DNA of 64,000 bases from Candidatus Fermentibacteraceae bacterium. Lineage in GTDB: Bacteria; Fermentibacterota; Fermentibacteria; Fermentibacterales; JCC-6. Positions 19,549 to 29,136 of the stretch are shown here, piece after piece. The notes beneath the pieces were generated by a model. That model saw nothing but the letters and a program-made list of their open reading frames with translations, ran no database searches and had not been told where the DNA came from. The position numbers and the translations under genes were made by a program. Positions within the stretch are counted from its first letter, which is position 1; each line of letters opens with the position of its first letter. Where the stretch lies: assembly GCA_041750285.1 (NCBI GenBank), contig JBGSZS010000018.1, positions 96,001-160,000 on the forward strand. Direction: 5' to 3'.

Positions 19549-20640
19549 CTACTCCTTGCCCTTGGGGCGGTGCTTCTCGATGAAGTCTTCCGTCATCTTG
19601 CGGCACTGGTCATCGTAGTACTGCACGGGGGGCGACTTGAAGAAATACGATGACGGAGCCTCGATGGCGCCGGTCAGCCCGTTCTCGAGCGCGAGCTTTG
19701 CGCAGCGGACTGCGTCGATGATCACTCCCGCGGAGTTGGGGCTGTCCCAGACCTCGAGCTTGCTTTCGAAATTGAGCGGAACATCACCGAAAGTGGTGCC
19801 TTCCATGCGGATGTAACACCATTTCCTGTCGTCGAGCCACTCGATGTAATCGGAGGGGCCGATGTGGACGTTCCTGGGTTTCATGCCGCCGGGAATCTGG
19901 CTTGTGACGGCATTGGTCTTGGATATCTTCTTGCTCTCGAGCCTCTCCCTTTCCAGCATGTTCAGGAAATCCGTGTTTCCCCCGACATTGAGCTGGTAGG
20001 TCCTGTCAAGCCGAACGCCGCGGTCTTCGAAGAGCCTGGTGAGGACCCTGTGAAGGATGGTCGCGCCAACCTGGCTCTTTATGTCGTCGCCCATGCAGGG
20101 AAGGCCCTTCTCGCGGAACCTGTTCTGCCAGTAGGGTTCACGGGCGATGAACACGGGAATTGCGTTGACGAAGGCGCAACCCGCGTCGAGTATCTGCTCG
20201 ACGTACCACTTGGTGGCTTCCTCGCTGCCCACGGGAAGGTAGTTGACCACCACGTCGGTCTTGGTTTCGCGGAGGATCCCGGCGATGTCGGCGGTCGAGC
20301 CTGGGGCCTTCTGGATGACGGGTTTGAGGTACTTGCCAAGACCGTCGTGGGTCATGCCCCTGTGAACCGTCACACCCATGTGCGGAACGTCACAGAACTT
20401 GATGGTGCAGTTGGGCTCGGCGAAGATGGCCTCGCTGAGGTCCCTGCCGACCTTTGTGATGTTGATGTCGAAGGCGGCGGAGAACTCGACGTCACTCACG
20501 TGCAGGCCGCCGAGGTTCACATGCATGAGCCCCGGGACCTTCTCGTCGTCCTTGGCGTTCTTGTAGTACTCGACGCCCTGAACAAGGCTGTTGGCGCAGT
20601 TCCCCACGCCGATTATGGCAACTCTCACTTTTCTGGACAT
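19549..20640 (-). CDS. ino1: myo-inositol-1-phosphate synthase (start revised to ATG 20640)
   Basis: [48 protein letters not shown]. Confidence 0.93.
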   Translation of the reverse strand: MSRKVRVAIIGVGNCANSLVQGVEYYKNAKDDEKVPGLMHVNLGGLHVSDVEFSAAFDINITKVGRDLSEAIFAEPNCTIKFCDVPHMGVTVHRGMTHDGLGKYLKPVIQKAPGSTADIAGILRETKTDVVVNYLPVGSEEATKWYVEQILDAGCAFVNAIPVFIAREPYWQNRFREKGLPCMGDDIKSQVGATILHRVLTRLFEDRGVRLDRTYQLNVGGNTDFLNMLERERLESKKISKTNAVTSQIPGGMKPRNVHIGPSDYIEWLDDRKWCYIRMEGTTFGDVPLNFESKLEVWDSPNSAGVIIDAVRCAKLALENGLTGAIEAPSSYFFKSPPVQYYDDQCRKMTEDFIEKHRPKGKE

Positions 20641-20689
20641 TACGCCCTCCAGTAGTATTCCAACACACACAAGGATCGGTGCCCGCCCC

Positions 20690-21301
20690 TCACAGGGGTT
20701 GCCCCAGACCCGCCCTGTAAACGGTGATCAGCCTCTGAACCGCCGTGATCCAGGCACCCAGGGCGACCACCACACTTCCAACCAGTAAGGCCACGCTTCC
20801 CGCCACACCCGCTGCGAGCAGGGCGGCAATCATGACGACAAGCCGTTCGGTCCGGGTGAAGAAACCCACGTCGCAGCGTATTCCCAGACCCTCCGATCTG
20901 GCCCTGACATAACTCACCATGAGTGAGCCCGCCATGGCCAGCGGAGCCGCATACAGCAGGGTAACATGTTCACTGCCGGCCCTTCCCGCAAGAATGGCAA
21001 TGAAAAGAGCCGATTCGGCCACCCTGTCGAGGCTGGAGTCAAGCGCGGCACCCGCCTTCGACACCTTTCCCGTGATCCTTGCGATTCCGCCGTCGAGGGC
21101 ATCGAAAAGGCTTCCCGCCATCATTGTCACTCCGGCCTGCCAGTAAAGGCCTTTCCAGGCAAGCCAGGCGGCCCCCAGACAGACAAGAAGCCCGCTGACA
21201 GTGACCGCCGAGGGTGACACGCCCAGGGAGGCCAGCAGCCTGATCAACGGGGCGAGGAACGCTCTGCCCCTTTTGTGGAAACCGTCGAGGTTGAGGTTCA
21301 T
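20690..21301 (-). CDS. CDP-alcohol phosphatidyltransferase, phosphatidylinositol-phosphate synthase-like
   Basis: DALDGGIAR...[13 protein letters not shown] signature; [21 protein letters not shown]; adjacent to ino1. Confidence 0.85.
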   Translation of the reverse strand: MNLNLDGFHKRGRAFLAPLIRLLASLGVSPSAVTVSGLLVCLGAAWLAWKGLYWQAGVTMMAGSLFDALDGGIARITGKVSKAGAALDSSLDRVAESALFIAILAGRAGSEHVTLLYAAPLAMAGSLMVSYVRARSEGLGIRCDVGFFTRTERLVVMIAALLAAGVAGSVALLVGSVVVALGAWITAVQRLITVYRAGLGQPL

Positions 21302-21966
21302 GGCCCGGCTCCCGCGACAAGAAGGGTTACCTCCCCCTTCGGCGGATGCTCGGCGTACTTCCCGGCGAGAGCTCCCAGGGTTCCCCGGACGTACTCCTCA
21401 TGAACCTTCGTTAGTTCCCGTGCAACGCAGCACCTTCTGTCGCCAAGCAGTTCATGCAGTTCGGCAAGCAGTTTCCCCGTGTGGTGAGGACCGGCGAAAT
21501 AGACCAGCGTGCCGGTGTAGGAAGCCATCGAGAGTATCCTGGTGCGCCTTGGACCAGGCTTCCTTGGCAGAAAGCCCTCGAAGGCGAACCTGTCGGTGGG
21601 CAGCCCCGATGCCACGATGGCCGTCGTTACAGCTGAAGGCCCGGGCACTACCGAAACCGTTGCGCTGGCGCCTATGGCAGCCTGCACCGCCCGGTAAGCG
21701 GGGTCGGAAACGCCTGGCGTTCCGGCATCGCTCACCATCGCAACGGTGCCACCGGCCTCGAGGGTTTCAAGGATGAGCGGCAGCCTTCCCCTTGCATTCA
21801 CGTCGTTGTAGCTCACAAGCCTTTTCCCGGGGGGCACAAGCTTCATTGTCCGCCGGGTGTCCTCGGCCATCACGAGTTCCGCTTCGGCAAGAACCCTCGC
21901 GGCCCTGGGAGACATGTCCTCGAGGTTGCCGATGGGAGTCGCCACGAGGACAAGGCTGCCCTTCAT
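21298..21966 (-). CDS. rsmI: 16S rRNA C1402 2'-O-methyltransferase (start revised to ATG 21966)
   Basis: LVATPIGNLED, AEDTR, VSDAGTPGVSDP, FEGFLP, ARELTKVHEE. Confidence 0.93.
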   Translation of the reverse strand: MKGSLVLVATPIGNLEDMSPRAARVLAEAELVMAEDTRRTMKLVPPGKRLVSYNDVNARGRLPLILETLEAGGTVAMVSDAGTPGVSDPAYRAVQAAIGASATVSVVPGPSAVTTAIVASGLPTDRFAFEGFLPRKPGPRRTRILSMASYTGTLVYFAGPHHTGKLLAELHELLGDRRCCVARELTKVHEEYVRGTLGALAGKYAEHPPKGEVTLLVAGAGP

Positions 21967-22202
21967 CTCCCTCCGAGCCCTTCCCTGAGGCTCCTGATCC
22001 TTTCGATCCTGGCGGAAGTGCCTTCGGGATCGGTGACGAGGGTCACGCTGAGGGTCATGCCCTCCTTCGCACCGGGCGGAAGGTGCTGGGCGGGAAGGTG
22101 CCACTGAAAACCTGAGGGAGCCAGAAGGACCGCTATCCCCTCCTCTATCCGGTCAAGGTCTACCGTGAACTCACTCCTCGGGGTTCGGGCCATGCCAGAC
22201 AC
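21963..22202 (-). CDS. Small protein, DUF3006-like
   Basis: LDRIEEGIAVL...LP...LPPGAKEG pattern; overlaps both neighbours. Confidence 0.65.
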   Translation of the reverse strand: MSGMARTPRSEFTVDLDRIEEGIAVLLAPSGFQWHLPAQHLPPGAKEGMTLSVTLVTDPEGTSARIERIRSLREGLGGR

Positions 22203-24216
22203 CCCCTCCGATCATTGACTGGGCTATGTTGGTGAAGTGGTCGCCCGCCCTTTCGCAGTACTCGATGTAGTCAAGTATGGCCAGACCCGTCATGTTGGCC
22301 ATCCGTGAAGCCAGAGCTTCGCCGTACTTCTCGCGGGCCTCCTCGCTTATCTTGTTCATGCGTCCCTCGAGGACGAGAACCTTCTGGGATGCCTCGATGT
22401 CATTGTTCTTGATCGCCTTCACCGATTCGCGCGTCATCTCCATCAAAGTCCTGGATGCCGTTACGGCAAGCGCCGGAAGGGGGCCGACCTCCTTCATCAC
22501 ATCATCGCCGGCGATCCTGGCCCTGGCCTCCATCATGTTCACGGCGTGGTCGGATATGCGCTCGAGGTCGTTGATCGAGTGGATGATGACGGGAAGGCTG
22601 AGCGACTGTTCACGGGTCAGTTCCCCCTGGAAGAGCTTCGAGGCGTAGTTGGTCATGTCGCGCTGCATGATGTCCACCCTGTCCTCCATGCGAACTATCT
22701 CCGAGGCTTCGTGCCTGCCCGTCAGGAAGTGTTCGGACGCCATCAGCAGGCATTCGCCGGAATACTCGGCCATCTTGCCCATCTCGCGGTTGAGCGTGTC
22801 GATGGCGAGAACGGGACTGTCCAGCAGGTTGAAGTCGAGCACCATCTCGGGTTCTCCGGCTTCCTGCTTCCTGTCGTCGGGGATGACCACCCTGCAGAGT
22901 CTTGCGAGAAGCGGAACGAGGGGTATGAAAACGATGCAGTTCACGATGTTGAAGATGGAGTGGGCGTTCGCCACCTGGCGCAGGGGGTCTGAGGATGTGA
23001 ACCTGACGAGTTCGAGGAAAGGCCCGTCGTTCTTCATGGCCAGGAGCATGAAATAGGCTGCGCCTATCAGGTTGAAAAACGTGTGGGCCATGGCCGTCTG
23101 GCGGGCCGCCCTGTTGCTTCCAAGAGCCGCGAGCTGTGCCGTGATGGTCGTTCCGATGTTGTCACCCAGAACGAGGAACACGGCGCCCTGCAGGTTCACC
23201 AGACCGATCCCGGCCAGTGTCATTGTGAGACCCACGGTGGCGCTCGAACTTTGAACGATGACCGTTATAAGCGTTCCTGCGAAAATGGCCAGAAGCGGAT
23301 TCGCGCTGAAATCAGCGAAGAAATCCCTGACGGGGGCACTTGCCCTGAGGGGCTTCATGACGTCGCTCATCACGCTCATGCCCATTATGAGAAGGCCAAG
23401 CCCCATCAGGGCCCTGCCCCATAGCTTGTGCATGCGGTTCCGGCCAAGGAAAGACATCGCAAAACCCACGGCGATCATCGGGAACGCGTAGTCGGTGATC
23501 TTGAAGGCTATGAGCTGACCCGTGATGGTGGTTCCGATGTTGGCGCCCAGAACCACGCCCACAGCCTGCTGAAGGGTCATCAGCGAGCTGTTGACGAAAC
23601 CAACCGTGATGACCGTGGTGGCGCTGGAACTCTGGATCGCGGCAGTGACAAGGGCGCCGGTGGCGATCCCCGCTATCCTGTTCGACGTAATCTTCTGGAG
23701 GATCGTCTTCAGACGGTTGCCTGCCACCTGCTGAAGGTTGGTGGACATCATCTGCATGCCGAGAAGGAAGATGGCAAGCCCGCCGAGAACCTGGAAGACG
23801 ATGAAGAACAGGTTGATCGAGACCAGGGTGATGGATGCCCTTGAAAGCTCGCCTCCCGTGTCCCCGGCAACCGCGGTGACGAGGATCTCACCCATGTCAT
23901 CGCCGAACTTCAGGTTCATCATGGCAATGCCCGAAGAATCGGTGTACACCACGTAACCCGAAAGACCCTCCTGCATCACGGTCATGTAGCCGGGATGGGG
24001 GTCGAGCTCGGCGTCGCCGCTCTGGACCGTGAAGTTTACGGGAACCCCCATGGCGGGAGTTCCGTCACAGGCGTTCCGAACCAGGACCGAAACAGGCTCG
24101 GTGAGCATCGTTCCGGTGTTGCCGTAGGTCTTGCCAAGACAGGATTGAACCTGAAGCTCACCGGCGGAAACCAGGGAGGAGGCGCAAAGGATCAGAACCG
24201 CAAGGACTGGTTTCAT
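22171..24216 (-). CDS. Na+/Pi cotransporter family protein with PhoU-like C-terminal repeats and an N-terminal exported beta (Ig-like) domain
   Basis: Two QSSSAT repeats, GANIGTT and GDNIGTT, DLERISDHA and ERAGDH; signal peptide plus about 115 aa beta-rich domain before the first TM helix. Confidence 0.88.
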   Translation of the reverse strand: MKPVLAVLILCASSLVSAGELQVQSCLGKTYGNTGTMLTEPVSVLVRNACDGTPAMGVPVNFTVQSGDAELDPHPGYMTVMQEGLSGYVVYTDSSGIAMMNLKFGDDMGEILVTAVAGDTGGELSRASITLVSINLFFIVFQVLGGLAIFLLGMQMMSTNLQQVAGNRLKTILQKITSNRIAGIATGALVTAAIQSSSATTVITVGFVNSSLMTLQQAVGVVLGANIGTTITGQLIAFKITDYAFPMIAVGFAMSFLGRNRMHKLWGRALMGLGLLIMGMSVMSDVMKPLRASAPVRDFFADFSANPLLAIFAGTLITVIVQSSSATVGLTMTLAGIGLVNLQGAVFLVLGDNIGTTITAQLAALGSNRAARQTAMAHTFFNLIGAAYFMLLAMKNDGPFLELVRFTSSDPLRQVANAHSIFNIVNCIVFIPLVPLLARLCRVVIPDDRKQEAGEPEMVLDFNLLDSPVLAIDTLNREMGKMAEYSGECLLMASEHFLTGRHEASEIVRMEDRVDIMQRDMTNYASKLFQGELTREQSLSLPVIIHSINDLERISDHAVNMMEARARIAGDDVMKEVGPLPALAVTASRTLMEMTRESVKAIKNNDIEASQKVLVLEGRMNKISEEAREKYGEALASRMANMTGLAILDYIEYCERAGDHFTNIAQSMIGGGVWHGPNPEE

Positions 24217-24305
24217 GACAACTCCTGAAATGAGCCCCTAAAAGGTCTAATGTTCAGAACACCCCGAAAAGGAAAGAGACTGGAATATGCTCATTCCCGC
24301 CGGGG

Positions 24306-24334
24306 TTGAAAACCGCGGCATCGAAACCTATCAT
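24306..24334 (+). promoter_or_regulatory. sigma70-like promoter, probably leaderless, for the ubiA-ispE operon
   Basis: TTGAAA-17 nt-TATCAT, 6 nt before ATG 24341. Confidence 0.5.
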
Positions 24335-24340
24335 ACTCCC

Positions 24341-25237
24341 ATGAAGGAAGCGGCGGCACTGCTCGAAAGCATGAGGCCCAAATCATGGACCAAGAACCTC
24401 TTCGTGTTCGCGGCCATGATCTTCGGCAGGGTCTGGACATCCGGGGCCCTCATCGCCTCGTTGGAGGCGTTTCTCGGGTTCTGCCTTCTTTCCAGCGCTG
24501 TCTACCTCATGAACGACACTGCCGACGCCAACCGGGACAGGCTTCACCCCGCGAAGAAACTCAGACCCATCCCGTCGGGGAGGCTCAGGGGCAGCACCGC
24601 CGTGGCCGCAGCCTCGGTGCTGGCTGTTCTTGTGCTCTCTTCCTCGTGGCTTTACGCCCCCAGGCTGGCGCTTGCCTACTCGGTCTACCTCGTGATGCAG
24701 GTCGCCTACTCACTCCGTCTGAAGTCGGAGGTGATACTCGACTGCCTCATCATATCCATGGGATTCGTGCTCAGGGCACTGGCGGGTGTGGCTGTCCTGG
24801 ATGACACCGGGATGGAGATGATCCTTTCACCCTGGCTTATACTCTGCACCTTCTTCCTTGCGTCCTTCCTGGCCTTCGCGAAGCGCCGCAACGAAATATC
24901 ACTTTTGGGAGAGGGGGCCACCGGCCACAGGAAGAACCTCAGGGAGTACACCCCCGCCCTGCTCGACCAGATGATGGGAATCAGCGCCGGGGCCAGCATA
25001 ATGGGCTACGCCCTCTACACCGTAAGCACGCGCACTCTGGAACAGGTCAGTCCCATGCTGTGGGTTACGATCCCCTTCGTCGTCTACGGCGTTTTCCGGT
25101 ACGAATACCTCGTGCTGTGCCAGGGCCTCGGAGGCAGCCCCGACAAACTGCTGCTCTCCGACAGGCCCATGATCCTGACCCTTCTTCTCTGGGGCGCTGT
25201 GGTATTCGCCGTACTGAGCTTCTACCCTGCGGGTTGA
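24341..25237 (+). CDS. UbiA-family decaprenyl-phosphate phosphoribosyltransferase-like protein
   Basis: RPKSWTKN, YLMND..D...DRLHPAKKLRPIPSG, YSLRLK, AKRRNE, YGVFRY. Confidence 0.85.
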   Translation: MKEAAALLESMRPKSWTKNLFVFAAMIFGRVWTSGALIASLEAFLGFCLLSSAVYLMNDTADANRDRLHPAKKLRPIPSGRLRGSTAVAAASVLAVLVLSSSWLYAPRLALAYSVYLVMQVAYSLRLKSEVILDCLIISMGFVLRALAGVAVLDDTGMEMILSPWLILCTFFLASFLAFAKRRNEISLLGEGATGHRKNLREYTPALLDQMMGISAGASIMGYALYTVSTRTLEQVSPMLWVTIPFVVYGVFRYEYLVLCQGLGGSPDKLLLSDRPMILTLLLWGAVVFAVLSFYPAG

Positions 25238-26199
25238 TGGTCACGATCAAGGCGCCCGCAAAGATAAACCTCGGGCTGAGGATCCTTGCTCCCAGACCCG
25301 ACGGCTACCACGGCATACGAAGCGTTTTCTGTCCCGTAACACTGGCCGACACACTGAGGCTGACCCCGACCGCGCGGAAGGGTGTGATAACCCTCGAATG
25401 CGGTGGAATTCCATCTCCGGAGGGACAGGACAACATCGTGTTCCGCGCCGCCGCGCTCTTTCTCGAGGCCACCCGGGCCGATATGGGCGTTGATGTCAGC
25501 CTTCACAAGGTCATACCATCTCCGGGAGGGCTGGGCGGGGGAAGCAGCGATGCGGCTGCCGTCCTTCTCGCCATGGCGTTCCTTTCGGGCGAATGGGCCG
25601 GCCTTGAAGAAATTGCCCTTGAGCTGGGAAGCGATGTGCCGTTCTTCCTCGGTGACGGTCCCGCCCTGGTGGAGGGCCGGGGTGAAAAACTGACACCCGC
25701 AGCGGTTCCCGGTTTCTTCGCCGTCCTCGTGGACTCGGGGGAAGCCGTGGCAACGCCCTGGGCCTACCGGCTTTTCGACCTTGAGCCGCGCCCGCCCGCC
25801 TTGACAAATGCAGGGGTTTCGTGCGATGATTGCGGCCTGATAACTGCGAAGTGGCATGAGGGTAAGCCTTATCCCGCAGACCTTCGGAACGATTTCCTTC
25901 CTCTGCTCTCCAGGCGCCTGCCAGGCATTGAAAAGGTGGCAAGATCCCTTTCGGGCCTGACCGAAGACTGGGGTCTCAGCGGGTCGGGACCGGTGCTTTA
26001 CGCCCTGTTCCGAACCGCCGGGGAATCGGAAGTGGCTGCGAAGGTCCTGCGGGAGAGCTTCACCCGGGTGTATACCGCGGAATCTTTGTCAACGCTGGGG
26101 CGTCGTCAAATGGTTAAGACACAGGGTTTTGGTCCCTGCATTTGGGGGTTCGAGTCCTCCCGCCCCAGCCAGCCTTCCGTACACCGGGAAAGGATATAG
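25237..26199 (+). CDS. ispE: 4-diphosphocytidyl-2-C-methyl-D-erythritol kinase (start ATG 25237, overlapping the ubiA stop)
   Basis: APAKINLGL, DGYH, KVIP..GGLGGGSSDAA, LGSDVPFF, NDF, LSGSGP; the frame stays open through tRNA-Gln. Confidence 0.88.
   Translation: MVTIKAPAKINLGLRILAPRPDGYHGIRSVFCPVTLADTLRLTPTARKGVITLECGGIPSPEGQDNIVFRAAALFLEATRADMGVDVSLHKVIPSPGGLGGGSSDAAAVLLAMAFLSGEWAGLEEIALELGSDVPFFLGDGPALVEGRGEKLTPAAVPGFFAVLVDSGEAVATPWAYRLFDLEPRPPALTNAGVSCDDCGLITAKWHEGKPYPADLRNDFLPLLSRRLPGIEKVARSLSGLTEDWGLSGSGPVLYALFRTAGESEVAAKVLRESFTRVYTAESLSTLGRRQMVKTQGFGPCIWGFESSRPSQPSVHRERI
26096..26171 (+). tRNA. tRNA-Gln (anticodon TTG)
   Basis: Acceptor TGGGGCG/CGCCCCA (U1-A72), anticodon arm CAGGG-TTTTGGT-CCCTG, T arm GGGGG-TTCGAGT-CCTCC, encoded CCA. 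Confidence 0.92.
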
Positions 26200-26201
26200 T
26201 A

Positions 26202-26816
26202 ATGCCGTTGGAACTCAACATCGAAACCAGGACCCGAAAAGGTTCGAGGGAAGCAAGACGGATCCGCCGGGAAGGCCTAGTGCCCGGCATCCTCTACGGA
26301 CGGGGCGGAGAGATGCCCGTCTCCGTCGACGCGCACCACTTCATGACAGTGGTGGGCTACAACACCTCGCTTGGGATCATCAGGCTCAACATCAAGGGCG
26401 GGAAACCGGAGAACTGCATCGTGAAGGAGGTTCAGTGGAACCCCATCAACGACAAACCGATGCACATCGATTTTCTCAGGGTGCTCCCAACTCAGATGAT
26501 CACGGTGCCCGTGCCCCTGCACCTCGAGGGAACCCCAAAGGGGCTCCTGCAGGGCGGCATTCTCGATCACATGCTCCACGAGGTCAATGTGACCGTGAAG
26601 GCCTCAGACATCCCCCACAGCATTGCCGTGGATGTGAGCGGGCTTGAGATGGGCGATGCCCTTCACGTTTCCGACATCGTTCTCCCCAAGGGCATGACCA
26701 TTGACATGTCCGGGGAGCAGGTGGTGGCCTCCGTCATCGCCCCCAGGGTAATGAAGACCGCTTCCGAGACCGAAGCCACGGAGGGTGAAACCCCAGAGGC
26801 CGGCGAAGGGGAGTAG
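26202..26816 (+). CDS. rplY: 50S ribosomal protein L25/Ctc (start ATG 26202)
   Basis: ARRIRREGLVPGILYG, KEVQ, HIDF, GG.L, IP..I.VDVS.L..GD.LHV.D. Confidence 0.93.
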   Translation: MPLELNIETRTRKGSREARRIRREGLVPGILYGRGGEMPVSVDAHHFMTVVGYNTSLGIIRLNIKGGKPENCIVKEVQWNPINDKPMHIDFLRVLPTQMITVPVPLHLEGTPKGLLQGGILDHMLHEVNVTVKASDIPHSIAVDVSGLEMGDALHVSDIVLPKGMTIDMSGEQVVASVIAPRVMKTASETEATEGETPEAGEGE

Positions 26817-27404
26817 GTGCCCCCGGGCGGAATAGGCCTGGTTCTCTGCCTTGGCAACCCGGGCCCCAAGTACACACTGACCTGGCACAACGCCGGTTTC
26901 TGGACCGGCGATGTCATTGCACGCGAGGCCGGCGTTTCTTTCAGGAACGCCGGCCTTTTCCACGCGGCGGTCCTTCCCGGCGGAATACACCTTGCCAAAC
27001 CCGTCACGTACATGAACGAGAGCGGACGGGCCGCAGGCGCGCTTCTGAACTCGCGGGGGCTCGAACCATCGGAGATGCTGGTGGTCTGCGACGACGCCAA
27101 CCTGCCCCTGGGAACGCTCAGACTGAGACCTGAAGGTTCGGCAGGCGGACAGAAGGGACTTGCCAGCATTATCGAAGTTCTGGGCACCGAGAGCTTTCCG
27201 CGCCTGAGGCTCGGTATCGGGCCAGTTCCCGAGGGAGTGCCACTGAGCAGCTTCGTGCTTTCAAGGGTTCCCAAAAGCCTTGAGGAAGAGGCTTCAGTGA
27301 TGGCGCACAGGGCTGCGGACTGTGTTACGCTTGCACTGCGCAGCGGTATCATGGAAGCCCAGTCCGCCTACAACACCAGGACGGGGCAGCGGGAGGCGCC
27401 CTGA
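26817..27404 (+). CDS. pth: Peptidyl-tRNA hydrolase
   Basis: LGNPG.KY..T.HNAGF, KP.TYMNESG, GSAGGQKG, RLRLGIG; follows rplY. Confidence 0.9.
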   Translation: MPPGGIGLVLCLGNPGPKYTLTWHNAGFWTGDVIAREAGVSFRNAGLFHAAVLPGGIHLAKPVTYMNESGRAAGALLNSRGLEPSEMLVVCDDANLPLGTLRLRPEGSAGGQKGLASIIEVLGTESFPRLRLGIGPVPEGVPLSSFVLSRVPKSLEEEASVMAHRAADCVTLALRSGIMEAQSAYNTRTGQREAP

Positions 27405-27427
27405 GAGGCGCCCCCCTGAAAACTTGG

Positions 27428-29017
27428 TTACTGCTGTGCAGCCATCGCGAGTGAACCGATGAAGTTCACCAGTTCAGGTCCGGAAACCTCGGTATGTGAT
27501 CTCATCACACCGTCGGCCGCGGTGACTCCGCCGGTCACCCAGAGCGTGGGCAGGATTTCGGGCAGGTCGATATCTTCGGGGCTGAACTGCCTGATCATTC
27601 CCAGATATCCGCCGATCTCCATGGCGTAGTCGAACATTCCATCTCCTGAAAGACCCTGAATGCCGGAAGCGGGGGCAAAGTCTCCCGATACTGTCTGAAG
27701 GATCGCCGTGGGGGCTTCGCCGGTCTCGACCATGAAAAGGCCGTCGAGGGAAGCGAACCAGTAGTTGATCGTGAGTGTGTCGAACGGAGCTTCTTCCCCG
27801 GTCATGATGACCGTGAAACGGGAATTCATCATCTCAACGCCATCAACCGTGATGTTCTCGCACGGAGAGAAGCTGACCAGGCCCGCCATCTCCTGGGGAA
27901 GCATGGACTGGGACCTTGCGGCCATGTCCATGATCATCGCCGTCATGCCGGCAAGGTCCTGGCCCTGGGGCATTGAGTACACGGCCATGAACCGCATGAA
28001 GCCGTCGCTGAAGAAAGACATGGCTGCGCAGCTGCTCATCTCGGTCCAGATGTCGGCAACGGCGGGGTCGATTTCGAAACCAATGGCCTGGTAAATGCTG
28101 TTCATAACGATCCCGGTAAGTTCGGGAGGCATTTTAACCTGGGCGGACATTACCTGCCCGGCGGGAATCCTGTCGAGGAGGGAAGGGCTGTCGGGCGTTA
28201 CCACAAGCCTGGCAAGGTCGCTGCCCTCCTTGAAGAGCACGGTTTGATCCGCCGTGATGGTTTCGGGCCCGAAGGTGAGGATCACTTCGGCGCGATCGGT
28301 CTGGTTGAGGACCACCACCGCGGCGTCGAAGTAAAGGGTCATCAGGTTGCCGGCGAATGCCGGCATCTCGGCATCGGTGGCGGCTGCCTGGGCTATCATG
28401 GGGATCTGCGAGGCAGCCATGGGGCCGATCATCGCGATGTTCACCGACGAATAGACCGATGCCGGCGGAACTTCGAGCGCCGCTTCGGGATCAAGGGCCT
28501 GGGCCATCTCCGAAAGCTTGTTGCGGGTCATGGCCATAAGAGCCACTCCGCGGGATTCGGCCACGAAGATCGTGCCGTTCTCGGAGGGGGCCTGGAAGAC
28601 TTCCATCTTGTCGAGGGGTTCGCCGGGCTCGAACTCGAGGCCGAGCCTTTCGAGAAGGGAGATGAAGGCAGTCATATCGGTTATGGACACGGCCATGGCC
28701 ATGGACTGGGGCATCATGCTCTCCATCCAGAAGACCACTGAACCCTGGGGATCAACACCGAGGGTTGCGAGGTCATCGAGAGCATCGATCCCGAGATAGC
28801 TGACCGCTGCGTTCTCAACCACGCCCTCGCCAAGGAACGGGGCGCCGGACGCAATGTAGGCATCCATGTTTCGCACGGCGGTAACCGGTTGCGTGAGAAC
28901 GACTGATACCATTGCGTCTTCCGGCAGAAGGGACAGAGGGCTCGCCGGCTCCTGGCTGCCGCACCCGGCAAGCACCAGTGCGAACAGGCAGGCAGAGACC
29001 GCTAACCTTCGAAGCAT
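27428..29017 (-). CDS. Hypothetical lipoprotein (start ATG 29017)
   Basis: Lipobox LVLAGC; GGAGG RBS; TTGACA-18-TAGCTT promoter-like sequence at 29060-29089. Confidence 0.7.
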   Translation of the reverse strand: MLRRLAVSACLFALVLAGCGSQEPASPLSLLPEDAMVSVVLTQPVTAVRNMDAYIASGAPFLGEGVVENAAVSYLGIDALDDLATLGVDPQGSVVFWMESMMPQSMAMAVSITDMTAFISLLERLGLEFEPGEPLDKMEVFQAPSENGTIFVAESRGVALMAMTRNKLSEMAQALDPEAALEVPPASVYSSVNIAMIGPMAASQIPMIAQAAATDAEMPAFAGNLMTLYFDAAVVVLNQTDRAEVILTFGPETITADQTVLFKEGSDLARLVVTPDSPSLLDRIPAGQVMSAQVKMPPELTGIVMNSIYQAIGFEIDPAVADIWTEMSSCAAMSFFSDGFMRFMAVYSMPQGQDLAGMTAMIMDMAARSQSMLPQEMAGLVSFSPCENITVDGVEMMNSRFTVIMTGEEAPFDTLTINYWFASLDGLFMVETGEAPTAILQTVSGDFAPASGIQGLSGDGMFDYAMEIGGYLGMIRQFSPEDIDLPEILPTLWVTGGVTAADGVMRSHTEVSGPELVNFIGSLAMAAQQ

Positions 29018-29136
29018 TTTGCACCTCCGTAACATCGAAAGAAAGAGAGACTTGATGCAAAGCTAACAAAAATGGTACCCCGGTGTCAAAAAACGCCCTT
29101 CTTTTCAAATGGGGGCCGCCGGGTTAGAATTGACCC

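Noticed and set aside
5754..26171. tRNA genes as prophage or island integration sites
   Set aside because: No integrase or duplicated tRNA 3' end was seen, and the flanks are housekeeping genes.
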